Source: the human T2T-CHM13v2.0 reference genome, Homo sapiens
Direction: 5' to 3' (one strand)
Length of the DNA stretch: 64,000 bases
NCBI RefSeq assembly: GCF_009914755.1
Contig: NC_060928.1
Shown: piece by piece, positions 25,308-37,520 of the stretch
Numbering within the stretch: position 1 is the stretch's first letter
Layout: the number at the start of each line of letters is the position of its first letter
Made by a program: the position numbers and the translations under genes
The notes under the pieces: generated by a model
Databases searched by the model: none
What the model saw: the letters and a program-made list of their open reading frames with translations, nothing else
What the model was told of the DNA's origin: nothing

Positions 25308-26619
25308 AGAGAGGAATTCATTGCTGCCAGCATCCTACCTTCCCTGAACCAAGGAGGTGGGAAGGGCTTCCCGGAGGAGTTAGAGTTGAGCTGAGCTACC
25401 AGGCCTTTCATAGTGTGTCAAGATGTGAGAACCACGCCTCGTCTTTTCTTTTTAACCAATAATGAAGGAGGAGGTAGTGGAAGGACCGCTATACATTTAA
25501 AGAAAAATGCTTATAAAACTAGATTTTAAATACCACTCTTGGCCACTTCTATTTAGCAAGTTACACTCAGGTGCCATTGTTATTAAATGGTACCATACCT
25601 TTCTATAACTTGGGAAATTCAAGGTTTAAGTTCCATGAGAAACTTTATTTTCCAACTATCAACTAGTTAGTGCCAGACCTGCCGTCATAGCAACATTGAA
25701 AGTCTGGTCACCATTCAATGAATTTGACCCTGAAGACAAGTGAAATAGGAAACACCTCCCATCCTGAAATAATCTGGCCCTGCTACTCTCATGATCTGAA
25801 GTATCAGGTAATTTTCCATGTTAATTTGGACTGAAAATACAAAGGAAAAGTTCAAACAGGGACACGGTGTCTCTCTGGCCTAGCCCTTCAGGGATGGTTG
25901 CCTTAACCATACATTTTTTATTGTCCAGTTAAGTTTTCAGTAATTCAGTTGATGGGACTTTCAGACCTGCCCATGGGCTGTGACTCATTCCACTGTCAAA
26001 TTAACAGCTCTTTTGGAAAATGTGTTTTCATGACTTGGCCAAAAATTTCCACGGCTTAATTTCATCTTTTTCTTCCCAGAGAAACTCTTTGAACAAGTCC
26101 AATTATTGTACACTTCAGAAGAATCTTTATTTCCAGCCTCAGCAAATGCCTGACCAACCCATCACTTTCATTCAACTTTGATCAGCACAATTCCCTGGGG
26201 CTTTCACTTTCTCTTCTCGTCTGCTTATCGACTCTTCTTCCAGTGCTAAAAGTCGATTTGCAGCATCTGGAAACACCCAATTCATGAAATTAAAAGTCAT
26301 TTGGCAAAATGAAAAGACACACAGAAGGGCAGTCCAGAATGCCTGGATCCTCTCTGAGCCTCTAAGAACAGCAAGACTTTACCGAATTGTCTTTTCTCTT
26401 GCCTTCTTCATTTATCAAACAATAAAGTTGGACTAAATGACTTTATGATAACTTCTACCTCTAAAACTGAAGAGCTGATTTTGTTTAGGTTAGTGTGAAA
26501 TCATATAAAAGTTGGTCCACAAAGTTCAAGCTACAGGCATGGAGCGATGTAGGGTTGTCTGAGAACACGGAGATGCAGAGTCCCAATCATCAGATAAGAA
26601 AGATGCAGGTGCAGCACAT

Positions 26620-27005
26620 TAGTCAACTAATGCATTATTTTCTTCAATAATGCAGCATAGCAAGACAGCCAAAATGTAAGTGGTTACCACTAATAAACAT
26701 GTATTCTCATGCTCAGGGGTCCACAGGTCAGCTGGGGCAACCCTCCTTCAGGCCACAGGTAAGATTCAGGCCCACACCACATGTCTCTCATTCTCCTGGG
26801 GCATGCTTTTTTCAGGGTGATCACTGGAAATGAAAGCCAAGCCGGTTTATACAAGCACACTTAGGTCTCTGCTCATTTTCCATCCTCTGACATTCAGCTG
26901 GCCAAAATATGCCACATGACCAAGTTCAGCATCAAAAGGGCTAAGAAGTATATTCTATTCATGATGGGAAGGGAAGAAAAGTGGCTACTGCTGAACAATC
27001 AGCTT
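26620..27005 (-). mobile_element. Old MaLR LTR (MLT1I/J/K-type)
   Basis: 'aaaatgtaagtggtt...caggtcagctgggg...acatgtctctcattctcctgg...gctggccaaaatatgccacatgaccaag'. Confidence 0.6.
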
Positions 27006-28219
27006 GTAGCTCTCCTACCATTGCCTCCCATTCTTTTTTGACACGATTTCACACCCCACAGACACACACACACACAAACACACACACATTTAGTTGACTT
27101 AAAGATATACACACATACGTATATACACACACATTTTGTTGACTTAAGGATCAAATAAGACCAATTTATGGAATGCACATTTTTGGAGGGAAAAATTATT
27201 TGAGAGGTAATTCACCTAACTCACAATTTTCATTAGAGCAAGAACAAGTGAACTTACTGCTGTGGATAATCATGTAATAAAAGTTAAAATTTGATCATCA
27301 CTGACTATGTGCCAAGCATTATTCCAGGTTCTTTTCATTTATTATAGAATTTAATAGAATTATTCAAATACCTCAACTTGACATTTTACCACATATAGAA
27401 TACCCTACATAGAATTAATCCTTAAAAAAATCTTTCCAATTTACACCATTTAAAAATACTGGCCTAAAAACATTTCATTATTATTTAACCAATTTAATCA
27501 GTGCTCATTAAGTATCTCCCATGCTCGGTTTCCCCAACAAATCCTAAAATCAAGTATTATCATCCACAGGATAGAATTCAGAGCAGTAAAGACTATAAAG
27601 GATTAAGTGACAGCTTACAAGGTAAAGGAGCAGGAATATGAACCCAGATGATAAACCTGGTACATTGACCTCATTGTATCATGTGTCCTTCGATAGCATT
27701 GAAACTATGCTTAATAGGTGCTTGATTAAAGTGTATGGAAAAACAAAAGATAGAAGGAAAAAATAGGAGGGAAGGGAAGGAAGTGGGAGGGAGGAGTTGA
27801 TAACTTTCCACAACAGAAAAACTACACATGCTTGGAACACATCCATAGAATACAAGGCACTATGAAGCTATAAATCAAGGAAAACAAAATTTTATTTTCA
27901 CAGAGTTGAATGATCAATTGGTAGGTTCATTCATTTATTAAACAAACAGTGCTACATCTCAACACAAGTCCCCAGGTGGTAGGAGAATAGCCTCTGCCTG
28001 CCCCCTACCTGAGGAATTCAACATGGGAGGTGTCAGGGATACTAACACCCACAGCTGTCTTAGAGGCTTATCAGGCTCATCATTTTGTACAGATGGCTCG
28101 GACCTCTTTCTCAAGTATGGCACTAAAGTTTCTACACAATTTGATTCTAATCTACTTTCTATCTACATCCCCTTTCCATCCCCTACACAGTCCCTCGGCA
28201 TTCAGCTTCTCACCAGTTC

Positions 28220-28530
28220 TTTTTTTTTTTTTTTTTTTTTTAGACAGGGTCTGGCTCTATTGTCCAGGCTGGAGTCTGTAGTGCAATGGTGCAGTCTTGG
28301 CTCACTGCATCCTCTTACTCCTGGGCTCAAGCTATCCTCCCATCACAGCCTCCTGGATAGCTGGGATTATAGGTGCATGCCATCACATCTCACTCATTTT
28401 TTGTATTTTTAGTAGAGATGGGGTTTCACCATGTTGCCCAAGCTGGTCTCAAACTCCTGGACTCAAGCAATCCACCCGCCTCAGCCTCCCAAAGTGCTGG
28501 AATTACAGACATTAGCCACCGTGCCCAGCC
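28220..28530 (-). mobile_element. AluJ inserted in an L2 relic
   Basis: Long T tail; TSD CTCACCAGTTCTT (28209) / CTCACCAGTCCTT (28531). Confidence 0.96.
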
Positions 28531-28716
28531 CTCACCAGTCCTTGAATGCACGACTCTCCTAGTTCTGTGTCTTTGCACCTGCTGTTTCCTCTGACTGGAA
28601 TTCATCCTCTTCTCTCATCTCCATCCTTCAATGTCCAAACTAATTACTTTCTCTTATTTGGCAACTTCCTCAGATTTCCCCAGGAGATTTAGTTCTTCCT
28701 CCCCAGTGCCCCCAGG

Positions 28717-29186
28717 TGTGATGGTTAGTTTCATGTGTCACCTCAACTGGGTTAAGAGATACCCAGGTAGCTGCTAAAAGATTATTTTGGGGTGTGTCTG
28801 TGAGGGTGCTTCTGGAAAAGATCAGCATGAATCATTGGATTTACTAAAGAAGATCTGCCCTGAGCAATGTGTGTGGGCATCGTCCGATCTGTTAAGAGCA
28901 GGTTAGAACAGAAAGGCAGCAAGTGGATAAATTTGCTTCCTCTTCTTGAGCTGGGACATCCACTTTCTCCTGTCCTCAGACTTCACAGCTCCTGGTTCTT
29001 GGACCTTCAGATGCCAGAACTTACATCAGCACCTCCCTATCCTTTCCTCTGCCCCACTCTTGGTTCTCAGGCCTTCCGACTTAAACTCAGTGACACCACT
29101 GGCTTTCCCGGGTCTCCAGCTTGCAAATGGCAGATCATGGAACTTCTCAGCCTTCATAATCATGTCAGCCAATTCCCATAATAAAT
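28717..29186 (+). mobile_element. MLT2B-type ERVL solo LTR (3' end replaced by microsatellite)
   Basis: 'tgtgatggttagtttcatgtgtca...gggtgtgtctgtgagggtg...ttgagctgggacatcc...cagcttgcaaatggcagatcatggaacttctcagcct...aattcccataataaat'. Confidence 0.88.
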
Positions 29187-29198
29187 ACACACAGAGAG

Positions 29199-29233
<35 letters not shown>
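29187..29233. repeat. (AC)n(AG)n microsatellite
   Basis: acacacagagagag... about 20 AG units with one interruption. Confidence 0.95.
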
Positions 29234-29234
<1 letters not shown>

Positions 29235-29830
29235 TTGACTGCAACAGGTATCACAGGTCACAGGATCAACAATCTACCTGGCTGTTCCCTCTGCTGAACG
29301 TCGAATTCCTCAAAAGCTGGAAATATCCTAAGTACCTTTGTTATCATCTTGTTGTACGTAGCCTAAAACCTAGCAGATTAGAGCATGTTGCCTTCTTACT
29401 ACACAACTTTAATCATTTATTCTCCCTAGTGGCAATTGGCGGAGAGAAGCCGTGTACCAAAGGAGAAAGGTGTTGTGCTTTTTTACACCCAGAGGTGGAG
29501 CCAGGCAACCATGAGGACTTTGCCTTGTTTGCCTGGCTTATTCCTACGCTTTCTTCAAGACTCACCTTCTTCCGTAAAGCCTTCCCCAAACCCTGCCCAT
29601 GAGGTCAGGACCACGAGGGTCCACTTGCAGGAACATGTGCTTGAAGACGGGAACCAGAGGTCAGGTTCAGGTGGCTGTTACTCTGAAGGGAATAGGCTGA
29701 AACTTAGCCAGGAGGGGAGCAAGAATCTCAATCCAGGAAATATAAGAATGCATATAACCAAAGAATCAATGAGCAGCTGCCAGGTTAAAAGTTAAGCATC
29801 AAGAGAATGGAATAAGAATTTTAGTACAAG

Positions 29831-30571
29831 ATGAACAGGCAAACTACAGAATGGGAGAAAATTTTTGCAATCTACTCATCTGACAAAAAGCTAATATCCA
29901 GAATCTACAAAGAACTCAAACAAATTTACAAGAAAAAAGCAAACAACCCCATCAAAAAGTGGGCGAAGGGTATGAACAGACACTTCTCAAAAGAAGACAT
30001 TTATGCGGCCAAAAAACACATGAAAAAATGCTCATCATCACTGGCCATCAGAGAAATGCAAATCAAAACCACAATGAGATACCATCTCACACCAGTTAGA
30101 ATGGCGATCATTAAAAAGTCCGGAAACAACAGGTGCTGGAGAGGATGTGGAGAAATAGGAACACTTTTATACTGTTGGTGGGACTGTAAACTAGTTCAAC
30201 CATTGTGGAAGACAGTGTGGCGATTCCTCAGGGATCTAGAACTAGAAATACCATTTGACCCAGCCATCCCATTACTGGGTATATACCCAAAGGATTATAA
30301 ATCATGCTGCTATAAAGACACATGCACACGTATGTTTATTGTGGCACTATTCACAATAGCAAAGACTTGGAACCAACCCAAATGTCCAACGATAGACTGG
30401 ATTAAGAAAATGTGGCACATATACACCATGGAATACTATGCAGCCATAAAAAATGAAGAGTTCATGTCCTTTGTAGGGACATGGATGAAGCTGGAAACCA
30501 TCATTCTCAGCAAACTATCGCAAGGACAAAAAACCAAACACCACATGTTCTCACTCATAGGTGGGAATTGA
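29831..30571 (+). pseudogene. L1 ORF2p C-terminal fragment, uninterrupted 246-codon frame (no EN or RT domain)
   Basis: Translation matches the L1 ORF2p end (...[19 protein letters not shown]...FSLIGGN*). Confidence 0.9.
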
Positions 30572-30794
30572 ACAATGAGAACACATGGACACAGGAAGGG
30601 GAACACCACACACCAGGGCCCGTTGTGGGGTCGGGGGAGGAGGGAGGGATAGCATTAGGAGATACAACTAATGTTAAATGACGAGTTAATAGGTGTAGCA
30701 CACCAACATGGCACATGTATACATATGTAACAAACCTGCACATTGTGCACATGTACCCTAAAACTTAAAGTATAATAAAAAAAATTTAAATGTA
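29833..30794 (+). mobile_element. 5'-truncated L1PA3/PA4-like element
   Basis: ORF2 C-terminus plus 3' UTR with 'aatgttaaatgacgagttaat'; perfect 19-bp TSD AAGAATTTTAGTACAAGAT at 29814-29832 and 30795-30813. Confidence 0.97.
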
Positions 30795-31134
30795 AAGAAT
30801 TTTAGTACAAGATAGGAGAGCTCAGACAACTCAAGAAATGTTATCTTTTTTTATGTGATTCCTTGAAGATACCAGAGCTAGCTACTTCCTTCCCTCTCTG
30901 TTTATGGTAATTGAGTTAACCTTTATTAGAGCACTTATCTCAATACCCCACACTATTTATGGATCTGCCACTCCCATTAGTTTATCAGTTACTTGAAAGC
31001 AACAATTCCATTCTGTCACTTTCTCCTCTGGCATCCAAAATAGTGGGTAGGCCTTCAGGGAATTAATAGAAGAAGAAAAAGAAAAAAGAGGAAATCAGTT
31101 TAGGGAGGGAGGGCAGGGAATAGAAGGGAAGGTG

Positions 31135-31788
31135 CTTCTCAAAGTTAACTTGGCTAAAGATTTCTTGATTTCCACCACCCTCCAGCCATAAACTAGTTCT
31201 GCTTCTAGTGTTCTCCATATCTGCCAAGGGTAGCACTGACTACCTTGCTCTACTGACCAAAACCTAGGCATGATCTCTTGTTCTTCTCTTTCTCTCACCC
31301 CTCACATTCGATTCATCAGCATAGTTATTGACCTCCAAAGTAGAACGCAAGTCTAGGCCCTTCCCACTATCTTCAGCACTTCCTCCTACACAAATCCCTT
31401 CTTGACTCCAGCAGCAGTCTCCTAATTGGCCTTCCTGCTTTCTCTCTAGCCTTCCTACAGAAGCTGAAGTGGTATTTTTTAAGTCAGAATATATTATCTT
31501 CCTGCTCAAAATTCTCCAAAGGTGTCTCATAAGCCTTAGTCAAAGTCAAAGTTCTTATAGGATCCTGTGTGATCTAAGCCTGCAACTCCTCTGATCTCTT
31601 CCCCTCCCCCGACCTGGAACACTCTGTTCTAGCCCCACTGCCCTTCAGTATATTCCTGTGCATGGCACACTTATTTCCAGCTTGAGGGCTTTGATCTTAA
31701 TAACCCCTCTGTCTTTGCATGGCTGTCTTCCTCATACAAAGTGTCAGCTTCTCAGAGAGGGCTTCCCTGATGTCTCTAGTGAAAGTAG
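31135..31788 (+). mobile_element. L2a fragment
   Basis: 'ccaaaacctaggcatgatc...tctctcacccctcacatt...gcagtctcctaattggccttcctgctt...cctgctcaaaattctcca...cagagagggcttccctga'. Confidence 0.75.
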
Positions 31789-32007
31789 ACACACACACAT
31801 ACACACACACACATATATGCACATACACATTCACACATGCACAAACACGCTCACACACATACACACATATGTAAACACATACATACCCAACAAATACACA
31901 CATGCACACTCACACACAAATGCACATACATACATCAACCATATACACACTCACATACACACATATATACACTCTCACAGAGACACACATACACACACAC
32001 ACACACA
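31789..32007. repeat. Degenerate (CA)n-rich tract, about 220 bp
   Basis: Interrupted CA/TA alternation; gives spurious HT/VC-rich ORFs. Confidence 0.92.
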
Positions 32008-33759
32008 GAGATTTCAACCATTATAAACATAAAGTTGATAGTCAGTTACACAATTCCAGGCTGTTTCCTACTAAACATTTGATATTTCATTTGTCTTCCA
32101 AAATTACATTATTTACTGTAATTTCTCAAGTTCCATGTCTTGGCAGTAAGCTTTGATTTACTCTAAGAGCTAGGATAACAATAGGAATAAAGGTCATTTT
32201 TCACGTTTTCAGAGTAGTCTGGAGAATTGTGTTGTAAGCTCAGTGTTGAGATTGTATTTAGTTCTGTGGTCTCTCGCAGAAATTAGAGCATGATACTCAC
32301 TTTGACAGCCTGGATCTTACAACAGCCGAGAAACGAAGGCTTGAATTGAGGAACCTGAGAATTAACTGTGCGATTCTTATAAACATTACAGGTCTTCTGG
32401 ATCCTATGAATTGCCTCCATTTAAACTCAAAAGCCCCATGACATGGTTCCAGGGGCCTGTAAATCCTGTGATACCAGCCATAATAACTCCCCTGGCAAGA
32501 ACTAAGCTTCACTTCCCGTGGCCTATAAAGGACCTTGCCCGTCCTTTAATATCAATCAGAGCTAACATGTGCCTGTGGCAGAAGCCCAGGCCTGGAGCCC
32601 AGAGAACCACAGCTTTGACTGGCAGCCTGGCACATGCCACAGGCTCTCCCTCCCCAGGGTGGAAATCCTTGCACGCCTCCCTTGCCCCAACCCCGGGGAG
32701 GAAATATGACTACCTACAACACAGAGTTATGTGAGAAGTAAGGGGTCTCAGCACACATTGATGGAAAATTCTCCCATGCCAAGCACTGTACAGAGCATGA
32801 TGTGGCCCTGATGTTGAGGGGTGCCGAGACCAGTGGGAAAGGCAAACCTCAAATAGATCATTTTAATATTTGGTGGGTATGTAAATTATATGATAAGTAA
32901 GGGACCTGGCATATGGAAGGGGCTTAGTAAATGTTCATCTTCCCTAGAGATTCATGGGCTCATGGAACTTATTCAATGTGAGGGTGACCACAGGAACCAG
33001 TACAACCTGGACAGAGCCAAATTAGAGCGAATGTCCTGGAATGATCATTAACAATGCCCTCTTTCACCATCATAAGTACACCAGATAAGACAGCAAACTA
33101 TATGGTCACCTCAGCCAACATGTTCATCTTTGCAGAAGGGGAAATTACAGTCCATAGGGGAGAAGTGACAGGTCACATCTGATCCCCACACCTGGCTCCC
33201 TTCATCATTTTTATAATCCTGAAAAAATTATGGAATCCATACCTTCCTCTGCTGTCAGCTTTCACCCCGGCCTGGGTTTCTTCCTAGGTCCACTGTCTGT
33301 GTGGGATTCTGATAATCAGAAACACTTTCCCATATTCCCTGAAATAACCTGAATCACTGATAATGACATATGCATATGCATGTGACAGTCTATGTCAGTA
33401 AACTTACAGAACTTTGGTGAAATTCATTACTTACATAGATTTCGAGCAACCTTTGTACCCACACAGACTAAGAATTTGGAATTATTTGGATGTTAGTAAA
33501 TAGCAAAATGGACATTTTCAGCACAAATGTGAATTCCACTTTCTTTATCATGAAAAGTTCAGTATCACTAAGATGTTACAATTCAGTAGAGATGGGCAGG
33601 TTTGTCTTCATAGCAAAGCTTGAAGTAAGGCAAGAAGGGACAGAAGGAGTGGAAAAAGAAGCAAGTTATCTCAATTAATCCTTGGTAACACTGCAAGGTA
33701 GGTATTCTCACTCCCACCTTTCTAGATAAGGAACCAGAGGCTTCCCCAAATTTACCCAG

Positions 33760-34160
33760 CATGACAATCCTTTGATGGGTCAACGTTTCTAGGCTATGGT
33801 TCCTGGTTATTCCATAAAACACCTATCTAGGTGTTACTGTGAAATTATTTTGTGGATGCGACTAGTTCCTGTTTCAGTTGCCTTTGAGTAAAGATTGTCC
33901 TAAATAGTCAGGGTAGGCCTAATTCCATCAGTTGAAAGGCCTCAAGAGCAGAGCTGAGGCTTCCCAGGCAAAGAAGAAATTCTGCTTGTGGACTGCAGTT
34001 TCAGCTCCTGCCTGCAAGGTGCCTCTGCCCTTCATTACAGCCTGCCTTATGGATTTCAGATCTGCCTAGCATCTCCCACAATCAGGTAAGTAAATTCCTT
34101 ACAGTAAATTCTCTTAATCTTCTACCAGTTCCACTTCTCCAGTTGAACTGTGAATAGTAA
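33760..34160 (+). mobile_element. MLT2E/F-type ERVL LTR inserted in a MIR
   Basis: 'ctaggctatggttcctggttatt...ctaggtgttactgtgaa...gttgaaaggcctcaagagcagagctgaggcttccc...ggatttcaga'; MIR halves at about 33680-33760 and 34160-34220. Confidence 0.7.
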
Positions 34161-34402
34161 AACAAGCTAGGACTTAGTACAACCAGAATTCATGCTCAGG
34201 TCCCTAAAAACCACATTCTAATTCCCTAAAGTGATTCTTTATCCCTTTGAGGCATTTCTCTCAATGCGGGGAGTGGTTCACAGTTTAATAACAATCTCAT
34301 ACTTGTGTCAACCACTTAAAAACCATGGCTGTTTGCTCACATGGATCAACTGTGTGCAAAAAGACAGAGCTTAGATGGGGAATAGGTAAAAAGAAAACGA
34401 AG

Positions 34403-34694
34403 GGCCTGTCGCGGTCGCTCACCCCTGTAATCATAGCACTTTGGGAGGCCAAGGCGGATAGATCACAAGATCAGGAGATCGAGACCGTCCTGGCTAACAC
34501 GGTGAAACCCCGTTTCTACTAAAGTATACAAAAAATTAGCTGGGCATGGTGGCGGGCACCTGTAGTCCCAGCTACTTGGGAGGCTGAGGCAGGTGAATGG
34601 GTGAACCTGGGAGGTGAAGCTTGCAGTCAGCCAAGATCGTGCCACTACACTCCAGCCTGGGCGACAGAGGGAGACTCCGTCTCAAAAAAAAAAC
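34403..34694 (+). mobile_element. AluY
   Basis: Y diagnostics 'tcaggagatcgagacc.tcctggctaacacggtgaaacccc', 'gaatgg', 'gcttgcag'; decayed TSD AAAGAAAACGAAG/AAAGAAAAAGGAG. Confidence 0.95.
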
Positions 34695-34873
34695 TGAAAG
34701 AAAAAGGAGAACAAGGATGAAGAGGAAGGAAGAAGAATATAGATTAATATTTATTAGGTATTTATCACATATCAGATCTTAAGAATTTTCACACTCTTTA
34801 TATAATTTACTAAGGATGATAGATTACTGTTCAAAGATATTCACTCCTTCCCTGAAGCATAAATGGAAGTATA

Positions 34874-35078
34874 CAATCATTCCTCACCATCTAGGGGAGA
34901 TTAGTTCTAGCCACCTCCGCTCCCAGGATACCAAAATCTGTAGATGCTCAGGTCCCATAGTCTACCCTGCAGAACCCATGGGTATGAGCAGTCAACCTTC
35001 TGTTGTATCTTCACATCCCTCAAATACCATATTTTCTATTCGGATTTGGTTGAAGCTGCTGATACAAAGGGCTGACTG
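34874..35078 (+). mobile_element. MER8 (TcMar-Tigger MITE)
   Basis: 'ggataccaaaatctgtagatgctcaggtccc...ccctgcagaaccc...gatacaaagggctgactg'; TA on both flanks. Confidence 0.8.
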
Positions 35079-35179
35079 TACTTTCACACCTTGACTTTGG
35101 ACTTAGACTTGTGACTTTCTATTGATAAACAGGATGTTAGCAGATGTGACACAAGCAGGGGCTTAAAAATGTGCTTAAG

Positions 35180-35470
<291 letters not shown>

Positions 35471-36344
35471 TTAAGCAATATGTGCTTTCACATGCTTTTA
35501 ACATCACAATGAAAAAAAAATACAATGTGGCTGTCCTACTGATCCAAGGAGGTTGAAAGATACATGCAACAGACCTTACCTCAACCTGTAGCTTATCTGC
35601 AAGTAGCCAAACCAATCTAGCTCAGCCAACCTTCAGTCGACCTGCAGACATGCAAGTTAAATAAATGCTGATTTTTGTATGAGAGTTTATGTTGCTAGTT
35701 ATGTAGCAATAGTTGACGATACACTGAAATAATAAGATAATAATTACTTCCCATTAGAGCTACATGAAGAGCTGAAGAGTATGCGAAAGGTGAATTCAGA
35801 AACTAACCATAAAACTGGGTAGGCAGATCACAGAGTCTAGTAGGTAGAAGCAATGATTCCAAACCTCCTTTTCAGAAAACTATGGTCTCCTTAGGATCAC
35901 AGGAGAAATGGAGAGATAAAGTAATCTCAAGTCATATACATAGAGCCTTATTTGCTACAGGGCTCTACCTAGAGAAGGGAAAAGTCTGTTCTGTACACAC
36001 AGATTCTCAACACTTGCAGTTTGCACAAAAGCTTATTAATTTCCAGTACCCTCCCTTGCCTCTGTACTATTTTAAAACAGTTTATACCATATTGATTTAA
36101 AAAGGATGTATGGAGTAGCTAAAACCCCAAGTCAGTATATTTAAATCCAAAACCAATGTGGTTCCAAAGGAACTGCTGCAGAGGTGAAGAGGGCCTCAGC
36201 TGGCTTTACCCCACAGATCTCCATCCTAGAGTCAACCAGAACAACTCCAGTCTTTATTGTTTTATACTCTGGGATTCCACATAACATTTCATTAGAACAG
36301 GAGTGACTGCCAGGCTTTCCAGCCCTGCCACAAACATGACAGCT

Positions 36345-37290
36345 GTAGTCTCTAAAACATAGGACTAAAACTAAACTCATCGTTTTGCCCCTCCCAAACA
36401 CTGCTCAACCTTCTTAATTCCCCTTTAGAGATTCTCATCACCTTTCATCCACAGATGAGTAAGCCACCAACCTGGGAGCTACCTTTATCCTCACTTTATT
36501 ATTCCCATCTCATCTGTCTCCTAAATGAATGACCAATATGTGCCTCTCTCTCTACTCGGACTGTCACCATCCTTGTTCTCACTGCCATTGCTTACCTGGG
36601 AGGCTCAACAGTCTTCTAACTTTGGCATCTCTATCTCTCACTTACACTCTCAGTAATGGACAGGCTCTCAGATGGCCCCCAATGATTCCCACCTCCTGGT
36701 GACATCGCCTCTCCTTGTGTAAGCTCAACTCCTTGAGTGACTTGCTTCTAACCAATAGAGTATAGCAAATGTGATGGAGTACTGCTTCCATGAATAGGGT
36801 ACACGAGATTCTGACTTTTGTCTTACTGATATACTCTCCTCCTTGCTGGTTTTGACAAAACAAACTGCAGTGTCTGAGCTGCCCTATGGAGAGGCTCACG
36901 TGGCAAGAAACTGAGAGTGGCTTTCAGCTGAAAGCCAAAAGGGAACTAAGGTCTGAAATCCAATAATCTACAAAGAATTGAATCCCAACAACCACTACAC
37001 AAGCCAGGAAGTGGGTTTTCGGTTCTTCCCCACTTGAGCTTTCCCTTTGATTGCTGCCTCATGAGAAACTCTGAGGACTTAGCTAAGTCATTCCTGGATT
37101 CCTGATCCATAGAAACTGTCAGCTAATGCATGTGTGTTGTTTTAAACCACTGAAGGGTTTAAATTAATTTGTTACACAGCGACAGGTGACTCATACACCC
37201 CTCCAATGCACACGATGGCACAGTCAGAGTGATGGCTCTAAACACAAATCTGACCATCCCCTTCCTCTTACTCTAACCCTTCCTTCAATG
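36345..37290 (+). mobile_element. L2 fragment split by an MLT1E LTR
   Basis: L2 pattern at 36345-36650 ('ctaaactcatcgttttgcccc...aacagtcttctaact') resumes at 37198 ('cagtcagagtgat...cacaaatctgaccat'). Confidence 0.55.
36652..37197 (+). mobile_element. MLT1E-type MaLR solo LTR
   Basis: 'gatggcccccaatgattcccacctcctggt...gtgacttgcttctaaccaatagag...gagaggctcacgtggcaagaaactgag...cctggattcctgatccatagaaactg...gttacacagc...actcataca'. Confidence 0.85.
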
Positions 37291-37309
37291 TCACAGGAAG
37301 CAAAAAAGT

Positions 37310-37520
37310 GGCATTCACTGAGTGCCTACCTTGTGTTGGCCTCTTCATGTGCTATCTCATTTCATCTACACAGCAACCCAGCAAAGCCAGGATTATTAAT
37401 TCTCTTCAACAGAATTTTTTTTAAACTAGAGAATTAAGTAACTTGTTCAAAACTACAGAGCTAGGAAATGACTAAGCCATAACTATGACCAAAATTACCT
37501 AGCTTCAAAACTCTTTCTGC
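37310..37520 (-). mobile_element. MIR SINE
   Basis: 'cattcactgagtgcctacc...atctcatttcatctacacagcaaccc...ttaagtaacttgttcaaaactacagagctag'. Confidence 0.7.

Noticed and set aside
28023-28594. Overlapping ORFs of 72-129 aa
   Set aside because: Antisense-Alu translations (typical GLKLL...[10 protein letters not shown] peptides)
28946-29602. 218-aa ORF
   Set aside because: Runs through an MLT2B LTR and a (GA)n microsatellite (RERERE); starts at TTG; no domain
30622-30650. G-quadruplex-like G runs
   Set aside because: Standard feature of L1PA 3'UTRs, not locus-specific
31658-32156. His/Thr- and Val/Cys-rich ORFs
   Set aside because: Translations of the degenerate (CA)n tract
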